Shown piece by piece: positions 1 to 7,320 of a DNA stretch of 40,663 nt. The DNA lies in IMG/VR virus record IMGVR_UViG_3300006929_000037, positions 1 to 40,663 of that record; one strand, written 5' to 3'. The stretch's first letter is position 1; the number at the start of each line of letters is the position of its first letter. Origin of the DNA: a virus. Taxonomy: Duplodnaviria; Caudoviricetes. The position numbers and the translations under genes were made by a program. The notes below the pieces were generated by a model. That model was not told the DNA's origin. It did no database searches and saw only the letters and a list, made by a program, of their open reading frames with translations.

Positions 1-57
1 AAAACTCATAGGTAATTGAATTTTTAATCTCATTTGTAATTCTTTTTGCTCATTCAT
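1..57 (-). CDS. 5' part of a hypothetical protein running off the left edge (MNEQKELQMRLKIQLPMSF...)
   Basis: ATG at 57 on the minus strand, open to position 1, preceded by an A-rich leader and the repeated promoter-like motif. Confidence 0.6.
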   Translation of the reverse strand, partial: MNEQKELQMRLKIQLPMSF

Positions 58-85
58 AATTTTATTGGTTTTTAAGTTTATATAT

Positions 86-115
86 ATAACGCTTGATTAT
101 TGTTTTTATTGTGCA
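86..115 (-). promoter_or_regulatory. Repeated bipartite motif TGCACAATAAAA-N11-GCGTTAT, copy 1 (putative phage early promoter)
   Basis: Identical boxes and identical 11-nt spacing to copy 2 at 356-385; both lie just upstream of minus-strand starts. Confidence 0.6.
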
Positions 116-324
116 GTTGATATTACAAAATACCACCTCAATGATAAGTAAATTCTTAAACTTTCATCATCCATACTTCTTGTATCATCTGAAGTTAATC
201 TATCTTTCCATTCTTGAAAGTAAGGCAGTTGCATTAAGTTTATGTAGTCACTGCTAGATGCTGGAAAAGTTTTACCGAATCTTCTTGATAGGAATCTGAT
301 TGTTAGCTTGTCTTGAATAGTCAT
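106..324 (-). CDS. Hypothetical protein (72 aa), probable early gene
   Basis: ORF with A-rich leader, downstream of the repeated motif; no recognisable family. Confidence 0.65.
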   Translation of the reverse strand: MTIQDKLTIRFLSRRFGKTFPASSSDYINLMQLPYFQEWKDRLTSDDTRSMDDESLRIYLSLRWYFVISTAQ

Positions 325-355
325 AGTTTTTATGTTTTTAAGTTAATATATAATG

Positions 356-385
356 ATAACGCAGGTATATTTATTTTATTGTGCA
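356..385 (-). promoter_or_regulatory. Repeated bipartite motif TGCACAATAAAA-N11-GCGTTAT, copy 2
   Basis: See copy 1; both copies are followed by TATAT..AACTTAAAAA and then ATG. Confidence 0.6.
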
Positions 386-591
386 AAGTATATATTTTTT
401 TTAAATTTTATTTATTTCACTCCTAGTAAATTGCATAACTTTTTTTTTCAATGTGTATATACTAAAGAAAAGAGATATGCTCTTAAATCGCTTAAAAACG
501 ATGTTATTTGGGATGTGTCAATTTTACCCTTTGGGATGTGGTAATATTAGCATAGGTGCTTTTGCAGTTTCGTATGCTTCTCGCAAAGAAA

Positions 592-619
592 ATGTCATAT
601 AATAATTATTATGTTAAGT
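592..619 (+). other. dif-like XerC/XerD recombination site ATGTCATATAA-TAATTA-TTATGTTAAGT
   Basis: 11-6-11 layout; right arm matches the XerD arm TTATGTTAAAT at 10/11; left arm ends in ATAA like XerC arms; lies in the largest intergenic region. Confidence 0.65.
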
Positions 620-638
620 AAACACCCAACTTATTGGA

Positions 639-651
639 AATCAATTAGTTA
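639..651 (+). promoter_or_regulatory. IHF-type binding site consensus WATCAANNNNTTR (AATCAATTAGTTA)
   Basis: Perfect consensus match 20 bp from the dif-like site; AT-rich background lowers specificity. Confidence 0.4.
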
Positions 652-815
652 TAATCAAAGAAAAGAGATATTGGTTTGAACGAGTAAGAGATATGTCCCA
701 GCAAAAATGCCAAAAAATTATGTAAGTAGTTGTAAATCAGAGACATACCCCATTTTCGGTTTGCGTTTCGGTAGGCGACACCCTACCCCCTGTGTATATA
801 TATAACCCCAAACCT

Positions 816-1148
816 CTATATATCACACCCTGGCAAATATTCTTCCCTCTCAAGTACCCTATAGTATCTGGAAACCAGTAACTTACCTCTTTGAGAGATA
901 GTATATTTCTCAGCTCTATTATGTGCCCTAGGCTGGTATATATTGATATAATTCTTCTTTATTAGATCAGGAAACTTATGCACTAAATACTTATTTCCTA
1001 GGTGGAAATGCTCCTTTAAATAGCCTTTTGTGAACCATAAAAGGTCATAACTAAACATTAAAACTTCAATATCTTGCTGTTTTAGGCCATAATTTTGCAT
1101 AAAATAGAACATAGTAGGCCTATATAGTTTGAGGTAGGTTTTGTCCAT
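816..1148 (-). CDS. Winged-helix (MarR-like) DNA-binding protein
   Basis: C-terminal 'DLIKKNYINIY...AEKYTISQRGKLLV' fits a MarR-type recognition helix and wing (L...GYI...Y.LT.KG). Confidence 0.6.
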   Translation of the reverse strand: MDKTYLKLYRPTMFYFMQNYGLKQQDIEVLMFSYDLLWFTKGYLKEHFHLGNKYLVHKFPDLIKKNYINIYQPRAHNRAEKYTISQRGKLLVSRYYRVLEREEYLPGCDI

Positions 1149-1170
1149 TAGAACGCTTTAAATTAGCTTA

Positions 1171-1548
1171 TTAAGAGCAGTACATGTTTTTGCTTGAAAC
1201 GCCTATGTCGTCAAGCCATAAATCAACATCAAAAGATGGACATTCTGTCCAGTCTATTTTGTAGTGCCCAAGTATCTTTATTTTGGGATATCTTAGTATC
1301 ATATAGTTGACATAAACTTCCAGAGCATCATATTGCTTGTAGGACATATCATTCTCCTCACAAGACCCTTCATATAATATATGTCGTGATGGGCCTGAAA
1401 AAGTATCAAGGGTATATGGTGTTTCTGTTTCTGCTTCTAATATAGTAAGTGATCCATCTCTTTCAATGATGGAGTGAAATCCTTTGGATGCTAGTATATC
1501 TCTGTCTAGCCCCTCACAACCTGTATTGTGTATAACCAAATATTTCAA
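1171..1548 (-). CDS. N-acetylmuramoyl-L-alanine amidase-like protein (T7 lysozyme/Amidase_2 fold), divergent
   Basis: VIHNT, GFHSIIERDG, YPKIKILGH, CPSFDV motifs; Zn ligands H/H/C retained; TTG start overlaps the upstream TGA. Confidence 0.75.
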   Translation of the reverse strand: MKYLVIHNTGCEGLDRDILASKGFHSIIERDGSLTILEAETETPYTLDTFSGPSRHILYEGSCEENDMSYKQYDALEVYVNYMILRYPKIKILGHYKIDWTECPSFDVDLWLDDIGVSSKNMYCS

Positions 1549-1787
1549 GATTCAATTTTTTCTTTGATTAACAATAGCTCAGCACATTTTTCGTATTGCT
1601 CTTCGTATTCAAAATAACCGATCATGTTTTCTATGGAGGTGATCTTTCTTTTTCTTTGCATATCAGGATAAAAAGCAGAAACCATATTTTCGTCTTCGTC
1701 AAGAAGGTCTTCAATAGTCATTTTACCAGTAGCTATTTTATAACCATTATACATTGCTTCCTCTATTAATATATAATCTTCTAACAT
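1545..1787 (-). CDS. Hypothetical protein with UVR-like C-terminal helix (probable start MLEDY at 1787)
   Basis: YFEYEEQYEKCAELL tail; start at 1787 avoids an 82-nt overlap with the nuclease gene. Confidence 0.65.
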   Translation of the reverse strand: MLEDYILIEEAMYNGYKIATGKMTIEDLLDEDENMVSAFYPDMQRKRKITSIENMIGYFEYEEQYEKCAELLLIKEKIES

Positions 1788-1789
1788 AA

Positions 1790-2161
1790 TTACTTTCTTT
1801 TCCCTCCCCAATATTCCACTGCGTGATTTTCTTTTACTAGTTGTTCGTTTAAACATATTTGTGTTAGACATTCTACTCCATCTAAAACATTAAGATGTAT
1901 TTTTCCTAATACTCTACCATACTTCCCTATCTCTGTAGATTCAAGAGTAAAGCTGGGATTCTCAGCGAGTATAGCTTTCACCCTATCCTTTGCTGCCAAT
2001 CCTCTGGCTTTCTCTTTTAAGTCTCTTGTTCTTGATTCTGGTGCATTGATGCCTACAAACCTCACCCTTTTTTTAACAGATACGCTAAATCCTAGATCTA
2101 TGTGAACATCAATGGTATCTCCATCAACCACCCTATCTAACTTTGCTTTGTAAATATACAT
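1790..2161 (-). CDS. Thermonuclease (staphylococcal nuclease-like)
   Basis: VVDGDT, RFVGINAPE and KYGRVLG motifs. Confidence 0.9.
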   Translation of the reverse strand: MYIYKAKLDRVVDGDTIDVHIDLGFSVSVKKRVRFVGINAPESRTRDLKEKARGLAAKDRVKAILAENPSFTLESTEIGKYGRVLGKIHLNVLDGVECLTQICLNEQLVKENHAVEYWGGKRK

Positions 2162-2286
2162 TATTTATTTGATTTTTGCTCTATTTTTCTTAGAGTACCA
2201 TAAATATAGGCATTTTGTTTTTTCTTATCAGCAGGGAATTTCTTCTTAGCAGCTTCAATTAATTTTTTCTTTATGGCCCTAGGCAT
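2161..2286 (-). CDS. Small basic protein (41 aa, MPRAIKKKLIEAAKKKFPADKKKQNAYIYGTLRKIEQKSNK), not in ORF track
   Basis: Fills the gap exactly with a TAATG overlap to the nuclease; N-terminus nearly identical to the neighbour's MPKAIKK. Confidence 0.75.
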   Translation of the reverse strand: MPRAIKKKLIEAAKKKFPADKKKQNAYIYGTLRKIEQKSNK

Positions 2287-3394
2287 TTTTTATTTTTCTT
2301 TTAACTATTTTCATACCCTTACTAGCTGTCTTTACATCACCTTGTGGCATGTCATCTATATTTAAGTCAGATGGGTCTCCAGCATCAGCCATATTATTCA
2401 TTAAGAAAATAACTCCTTCTTTGTCATACTTTTTAAAAATCCTATTATTAGGGTCCTCTTTAATAGCTTTTTCATAATCTTTTTCGGTAAACTCTTTAAA
2501 TTCACCAGTTGATTTAAATACACCTTTTGTTTCTAGGTTATAACGAAACCTTATCATGTCAGCCCTAGTTTCTTTTACATCTTTTTGATGGGCTATCCAT
2601 GATTCCGACATACCTTCAGTATCAGCTTCCCCTGTCCAATACTTATTATTTTTTCTAACCCAATTTTCAAATCTAAAACTAGGTGGTTTTATATCTCCCT
2701 CTCCAACCCCAGGGACAGCAACAGCAGCTCCAAGAATTTCAGCATGACCCAATTCATGTGCCATAACTCCTTCTGGATCACCTACCCCACCTTGCTTAGC
2801 CAGACCTGGACCATAAAATCCCATTTTTTTATATCTATTTAAATCATCTATATTTCTAGAGCTAATAGCTATTCTTCTTCCTCCCCCAGGATAAGCTATG
2901 TATTGTGCAACTGTATGAGGAAAAATAGAAAATCGTTTATTTTCATCTGCTACACTTGCATTCATATAAGGATAGTTTTCTGAATAATATATTTGGTTTT
3001 TTGTAGTTACATCTAATAAATTTTTTTCAATAGGTTTTAGTTTTGCACCAACACCTTCGTCTAATATCTCACCTTTAGATTCAGTGTATTCACCTATTAA
3101 CTTATTATAGTAAGGAGATTTTACATAATCCCCAAACCATTCTACTACAGGTCTAAATCTTTCTATATCTTTTTTAGCCAACTCTTTGTCCTCTTCGCTT
3201 GATATATGAGCATATGCACGATCAAATACTTCTGGTATAAATGGCTGTGTTTTTGGTTTAACAACACATTTCCCTCCTCTTAGTTCATATCCCTCAGGGC
3301 AAGATATTCTTGGTGGCCCACCAGAAGCAGAAATAACTTTTCTAGGTAAAATAATTTCACCCCCATTTTCATATTTTTTAATTGCCTTAGGCAT
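2279..3394 (-). CDS. Zincin-like metallopeptidase (HExxH), possibly virion-associated
   Basis: AHELGHAE at 2744-2758 with a downstream E.RAD helix; N-terminal CPEGYELRGGKC motif; KYENGG tag. Confidence 0.65.
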   Translation of the reverse strand: MPKAIKKYENGGEIILPRKVISASGGPPRISCPEGYELRGGKCVVKPKTQPFIPEVFDRAYAHISSEEDKELAKKDIERFRPVVEWFGDYVKSPYYNKLIGEYTESKGEILDEGVGAKLKPIEKNLLDVTTKNQIYYSENYPYMNASVADENKRFSIFPHTVAQYIAYPGGGRRIAISSRNIDDLNRYKKMGFYGPGLAKQGGVGDPEGVMAHELGHAEILGAAVAVPGVGEGDIKPPSFRFENWVRKNNKYWTGEADTEGMSESWIAHQKDVKETRADMIRFRYNLETKGVFKSTGEFKEFTEKDYEKAIKEDPNNRIFKKYDKEGVIFLMNNMADAGDPSDLNIDDMPQGDVKTASKGMKIVKRKIKNA

Positions 3395-3651
3395 TATTTT
3401 TTCTTCTTTTTTCTTCTATTTTTTTTATATCTAGCTACTCTACCTTTTTGTCTCTTTTCTTTTCTAGCTGCTCTTTTTTCAGCAGGGGTAAGTTCACTCC
3501 AGGTAACTGGTGTGTCTTTACTTATACGCTTAGTTGGTCTAAAAGTTTTTTCACCTTTTGAATAATCCTTATCACCACTAGGTGTTCTCCAGTCTTCCTT
3601 AAACCATCGTTTAAGTGCCAATCCTTTTTTTGTTTTCCTAACCCTTGCCAT
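3394..3651 (-). CDS. Highly basic small phage protein (DUF5872-like LKRWFKEDW motif)
   Basis: K/R-rich; motif recalled from marine phage proteins; TAATG coupling. Confidence 0.7.
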   Translation of the reverse strand: MARVRKTKKGLALKRWFKEDWRTPSGDKDYSKGEKTFRPTKRISKDTPVTWSELTPAEKRAARKEKRQKGRVARYKKNRRKKKKK

Positions 3652-3937
3652 GTTGTTTTCTTATTGCTTCTTTACCTCTTTTTGCAATAGCAGCTTGTTC
3701 TCTTTTACCTGCTGCTTTTGCTCTTTGTTCAAGAACAGTTAATATTTGTATTTTTCTAGCGTAAGGTTTATTTATCCTTTTTACTTTAGCTACAGTAGCC
3801 CTAGCATCAGCAGGTGTAGCAAACTTAATACTTACAGTATCTTTTGGGTTCTCATCGGTGTATAATCTACGACCAGAACCTTTTGGCTTCTTACCAGTGC
3901 CGACCTTTGGGTCTTTTCTTTTTACAGCCCTAGCCAT
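3638..3937 (-). CDS. Highly basic conserved phage protein (LYTDENPKDTV motif; probable start MARAVKR at 3937)
   Basis: ATG lies 1 nt after the upstream stop; K/R-rich. Confidence 0.7.
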   Translation of the reverse strand: MARAVKRKDPKVGTGKKPKGSGRRLYTDENPKDTVSIKFATPADARATVAKVKRINKPYARKIQILTVLEQRAKAAGKREQAAIAKRGKEAIRKQHGKG

Positions 3938-3938
3938 A

Positions 3939-4466
3939 CTACTTTTTCTTTTTAGAAGATTTACCATAATTAGCTGCACCAACCTTTCTACATTTTGCTA
4001 CCCTACCAGAAGCATATGCAGAAGGCCATGTATTACCAGCAGCTATCTCTCTCCTTTTTACTTTATGATAACAAGCATCTTTTACAGTTCCCCCTTTTTT
4101 AAATTTTTCTGGTCCACATCCACATCCACAGCTATCTTTCATTTTAACAATTAAAAGACCACCTGCATCATATTTACCTCGTCTGTTTTTTGGGGAAGAT
4201 TTTTTAGAACCACCTTTACCAGCCCAAAGATCCTTACAAGCCCAGTAACGAGCTGAAAGTTTATCTTTAGCTTGATCACATTTATGTCTAGCTCTAAATG
4301 ACTTCCTAGCAGCTTTTGAATAATTGTGACCATATCCAGTAGCACCATAGTGTATAATTTTTTCCTTACCACCACTACAAGCTTTAACTACCTTTTTCTT
4401 TTTAGGGTTAGGGGATCTCCTAGGTTTATTGCAAGGCATATTTTTTTTATCTAGTGCCTTAGCCAT
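3939..4466 (-). CDS. Basic two-module protein (RKSFRARHKC...ARYWAC module plus WPSAYASG module)
   Basis: Two motifs recalled from small marine phage proteins, joined by a KYDAGG...KFKKGG linker. Confidence 0.75.
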   Translation of the reverse strand: MAKALDKKNMPCNKPRRSPNPKKKKVVKACSGGKEKIIHYGATGYGHNYSKAARKSFRARHKCDQAKDKLSARYWACKDLWAGKGGSKKSSPKNRRGKYDAGGLLIVKMKDSCGCGCGPEKFKKGGTVKDACYHKVKRREIAAGNTWPSAYASGRVAKCRKVGAANYGKSSKKKK

Positions 4467-4468
4467 AA

Positions 4469-4660
4469 TTACTTACCTACTTTTTTCATTGCTATATCGT
4501 GAGCCTCCCCAAATGTTTTACCATCTCTCATTGCGTCAGCCATAACCTGCATATGTTTTTTTGTGTGGTGAACAGAATGTCTAGCCATTGTTTCTTTTTG
4601 TCTATTGGTTAGACCATCTAAATTAACACCTTTAATTTTGTTTTTTATTGCCTTTGCCAT
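4469..4660 (-). CDS. Small His-rich basic protein (HSVHHTKKHM...AH)
   Basis: Tightly packed ORF; His cluster may bind metal. Confidence 0.7.
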   Translation of the reverse strand: MAKAIKNKIKGVNLDGLTNRQKETMARHSVHHTKKHMQVMADAMRDGKTFGEAHDIAMKKVGK

Positions 4661-4662
4661 AA

Positions 4663-4830
4663 TTAAAATTTTCTTCTGAGTTCTCTTTCCCAGAGTTGTT
4701 GTTCTATCTCTAAATCTAATTTTTCTTTTTTGTCATTCCACTTTTGTTTTTCTTCAACTGTTTTTTTACTCCACCATCTAAGGAAGTCTCCACATTTTAT
4801 ATGTTTATATTCTTCCCAGATCTTTGACAT
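4663..4830 (-). CDS. Hypothetical protein (55 aa, MSKIWEEYKHIKCGDFLRWW...), not in ORF track
   Basis: Fills the gap; TAATG overlap with the upstream ORF. Confidence 0.65.
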   Translation of the reverse strand: MSKIWEEYKHIKCGDFLRWWSKKTVEEKQKWNDKKEKLDLEIEQQLWERELRRKF

Positions 4831-5000
4831 TAATCGTTTCTGTAGAAGTCAACAAAAAGCCAAACAAGTATTACTAATGCAAATTTAAAAAAGTTAGCAC
4901 CACATAATAGTGTACCAGCAAGTATTAATAATGCACAATGTGCATGAGATACTAAACGAGCTAATACTTTTTTTCCAAATGATAAAAGTTTTTCTTTCAT
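4830..5000 (-). CDS. Small membrane protein (56 aa, about two hydrophobic segments), holin candidate, not in ORF track
   Basis: MKEKLLSFGKKVLARLVSHAHCALLILAGTLLCGANFFKFALVILVWLFVDFYRND; translationally coupled. Confidence 0.6.
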   Translation of the reverse strand: MKEKLLSFGKKVLARLVSHAHCALLILAGTLLCGANFFKFALVILVWLFVDFYRND

Positions 5001-5004
5001 TTTA

Positions 5005-5562
5005 TTATTTTTTAGTTATATAAATTAGCTTTCTGATATAACCATCAGAAGCTATGTAAATACCTGTTGAGCTAGGTATAACTTTTTGCCCTGCTATATT
5101 ATAATATTCAGTAGGTATAAATTCTTTTTCTAAATTTGTTTCAATCATTGCTGTTCCAGTGCCAGTGCTTAATGTTATACATCCTACATCCACAACAGTA
5201 TCTGTATATACTTGTGGCCAATCACCTATAGAATCTATCCAATCAATATCAGATAAGAAACCAAAAGAATCTACTTGTTCTGTTGGTAAAAATGGATCTG
5301 TTACAATATATAAATAAGCACCATTCCATCCATCTCCATAATTATCTTCCATACATATAGTAAATACATCTGGTATTAATGCAGCAGTTGAGTCACCAGC
5401 ATAACCACTAATCAACTCTGTACCACTACAGTTTTTTATATTCCAAGATATTTCATCTGGATATATTCCCTCTGTACAATAAATAAATTTTGGTATAGGT
5501 ATTTGTGCTGACACCCCAACACAAAAAGCTAATAAAGCTATAAGTAATTTTATTTTTTTCAT
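5005..5562 (-). CDS. Secreted protein with DxYGDGWNG motif and T9SS type A-like C-terminal sorting tail
   Basis: Sec signal ending VSA|Q; C-terminus YYNIAGQKV...GIYI...RKLI resembles Y.+.G..V...G.Y....K of T9SS CTDs. Confidence 0.65.
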   Translation of the reverse strand: MKKIKLLIALLAFCVGVSAQIPIPKFIYCTEGIYPDEISWNIKNCSGTELISGYAGDSTAALIPDVFTICMEDNYGDGWNGAYLYIVTDPFLPTEQVDSFGFLSDIDWIDSIGDWPQVYTDTVVDVGCITLSTGTGTAMIETNLEKEFIPTEYYNIAGQKVIPSSTGIYIASDGYIRKLIYITKK

Positions 5563-5936
5563 TATTGAAACTTATTTAATACTATTTCATCAATAGCTGA
5601 TTGAACATCTGATTTACTTGCCTGTAATTGTAACATAATATTAGGAGTAAATCTTTCTACTTCTTCTCCATTATCATATATTATAACAGTAGGTACAGCT
5701 TTTATTCCATATTCACTAGCTGCATCACTACACTTTGCTATACAAGCTCTATAAACTGTACAATCTTTTAAATCTTTTAGTTCCTTAAATTTATTAGTAT
5801 TATTCCAATCTGCCCAATATTCTACAACTACAATACCTTTAGATATTTTATTATTAAAATTACCATTATTTAAAAACTCTACGCTGCCATAGGCAGATAG
5901 ACAAATAAATAACAATATGAATAATAATTTTTTCAT
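5562..5936 (-). CDS. Exported thioredoxin-fold protein lacking CxxC
   Basis: Signal peptide; VVVEYWADWN at the WCxxC position; YGIKAVPTVIIYDNGEEVERF (cis-Pro motif). Confidence 0.8.
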   Translation of the reverse strand: MKKLLFILLFICLSAYGSVEFLNNGNFNNKISKGIVVVEYWADWNNTNKFKELKDLKDCTVYRACIAKCSDAASEYGIKAVPTVIIYDNGEEVERFTPNIMLQLQASKSDVQSAIDEIVLNKFQ

Positions 5937-6229
5937 TACTTTAATTCAAATATCATTTCTTGAAGCTCATCAAGCTTTTCATCCATTCCTTCAATGTCTT
6001 CTTTAATTTCTTCAACATCCGATTGGGTGTTCATAATAGTTTCTCTAATAAGCTGGTCTTTTAAATCATACTCTGTTCTAGAAACTTCTGGGATAGGTAA
6101 TTCTTTTGCTTCTGCTATATCTGCTTGTAAAGTAAAATACATTCCTATTACTACCGACAAACCAACTCCAATGCTTATTAATGTTTTAACACTGATATTA
6201 AATTTACTTTCTTCGGATAGTTCTTTCAT
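5936..6229 (-). CDS. Single-TM coiled-coil membrane protein
   Basis: TLISIGVGLSVVIGMYF hydrophobic segment followed by heptad-rich acidic C-terminus. Confidence 0.7.
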   Translation of the reverse strand: MKELSEESKFNISVKTLISIGVGLSVVIGMYFTLQADIAEAKELPIPEVSRTEYDLKDQLIRETIMNTQSDVEEIKEDIEGMDEKLDELQEMIFELK

Positions 6230-6231
6230 TT

Positions 6232-7320
6232 TTAAAATATTAAATAGTTTACACCTGCTTTCATTTGGTAGGATTTAATATCCCAGAATTTAAGGTGCCT
6301 ACCTTCTATAAAAAGACCGAGATGTTTATTTATCTTAGAACCTAAAATTAAACCAGCATCCCACTCAAACTTTTTATCTGGGTAAATATACGAAAAATCG
6401 TTGAGACCTTTGTGAATTGGATAGAAAGAACTCCATCCATGAATCCAAAAGTTTTCTTTATTATAATAGTAGTCAAAACCAAATACAGCAGATAATTCTT
6501 GAACTAATCCTAATGCTTCTAGTTCTCTGTTATTATATTCGGTTACTGCTCTACCAAAATGGTAAGTATAAAACTCTCTATCTGTTTTTGCAATAAGCTC
6601 ACCATCTTTAGTCCAGTGTTGATTAGGATCACTAAAGTATCCAAACTCATTTGCTAACTGCCACCAATGTTTATTAGCTGGTATAGCAAACCATGCATTT
6701 ACTGGGCTATAACCATATACAGGATGACTTCTATGTGCGATACCTGCTGTTAAATCTAAATTACCTAACTTCTGTCTATATCTTATTTCCCCTAAAGTAT
6801 ATTTAAGATTAATAAGGCCATCGTTTACATATGCTGCTTTTATAGCAAATCTATTATGTATGTAACGAACTTTATATTCTTGTTGAGTAAATACATCACC
6901 TCTGTTTCTGACAGCACTATATTCAAATAAGTATTCCAAACCTGGTGCATTAGATATAGTAGCATAATCTGATATTTCATTTTCAGAACCATCATAAAAT
7001 CTTCCCTTTTTAACTTGGTAGTCAAATCTAGCAACTTTTCTTAACCCAATACTAAATACATAGTTAGATTCTATTTGTTCTGTTATTTCAACTAGCTGAC
7101 CAGAACCTGCAACACCATCAACATAAAACTGTTGACTAACAGCAAATGGTGAAGCCATAGATGCACTTGCATAAAATGTAGAATATTTAAAAAGATTTTT
7201 AACTTGTGCTTGTGAACTAAAAGAACTAAATAGAATAAGAAATATAATAATAAATAAAAATACTAAATCTTGTATTGATCTAAGAAACATACTTCCTGAT
7301 TTGTTTTTATTTAACTGCAT
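6232..7320 (-). CDS. Putative outer-membrane beta-barrel protein
   Basis: Signal peptide ending SQA|Q; alternating aromatic/Gly strands; C-terminal beta-signal-like AGVNYLIF. Confidence 0.65.
   Translation of the reverse strand: MQLNKNKSGSMFLRSIQDLVFLFIIIFLILFSSFSSQAQVKNLFKYSTFYASASMASPFAVSQQFYVDGVAGSGQLVEITEQIESNYVFSIGLRKVARFDYQVKKGRFYDGSENEISDYATISNAPGLEYLFEYSAVRNRGDVFTQQEYKVRYIHNRFAIKAAYVNDGLINLKYTLGEIRYRQKLGNLDLTAGIAHRSHPVYGYSPVNAWFAIPANKHWWQLANEFGYFSDPNQHWTKDGELIAKTDREFYTYHFGRAVTEYNNRELEALGLVQELSAVFGFDYYYNKENFWIHGWSSFYPIHKGLNDFSYIYPDKKFEWDAGLILGSKINKHLGLFIEGRHLKFWDIKSYQMKAGVNYLIF

Larger units (their letters stand above)
464..695 (+). repeat. Short direct repeats in the non-coding region: AAAGAAAAGAGATAT (464-478, 657-671; partial 686-695) and TTTGGGATGTG (507-517, 530-540)
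   Basis: Read directly from the sequence. Confidence 0.7.

Noticed and set aside
353-544. 63-aa plus-strand ORF
   Set aside because: Low-complexity F/Y-rich translation across promoter-like and repeat DNA, opposite to the local gene direction
1790-1815. EYWGG at the nuclease C-terminus as another GG tag
   Set aside because: Y.GG.K is a usual ending of this phage nuclease family and its spacing differs from K[YF]xxGG
1788-1871. N-terminal extension of the 108-aa ORF (also 3938-3982 and 21120-21176 extensions)
   Set aside because: They overlap upstream genes or a terminator; internal ATGs at 1787, 3937 and 21177 fit gene packing better
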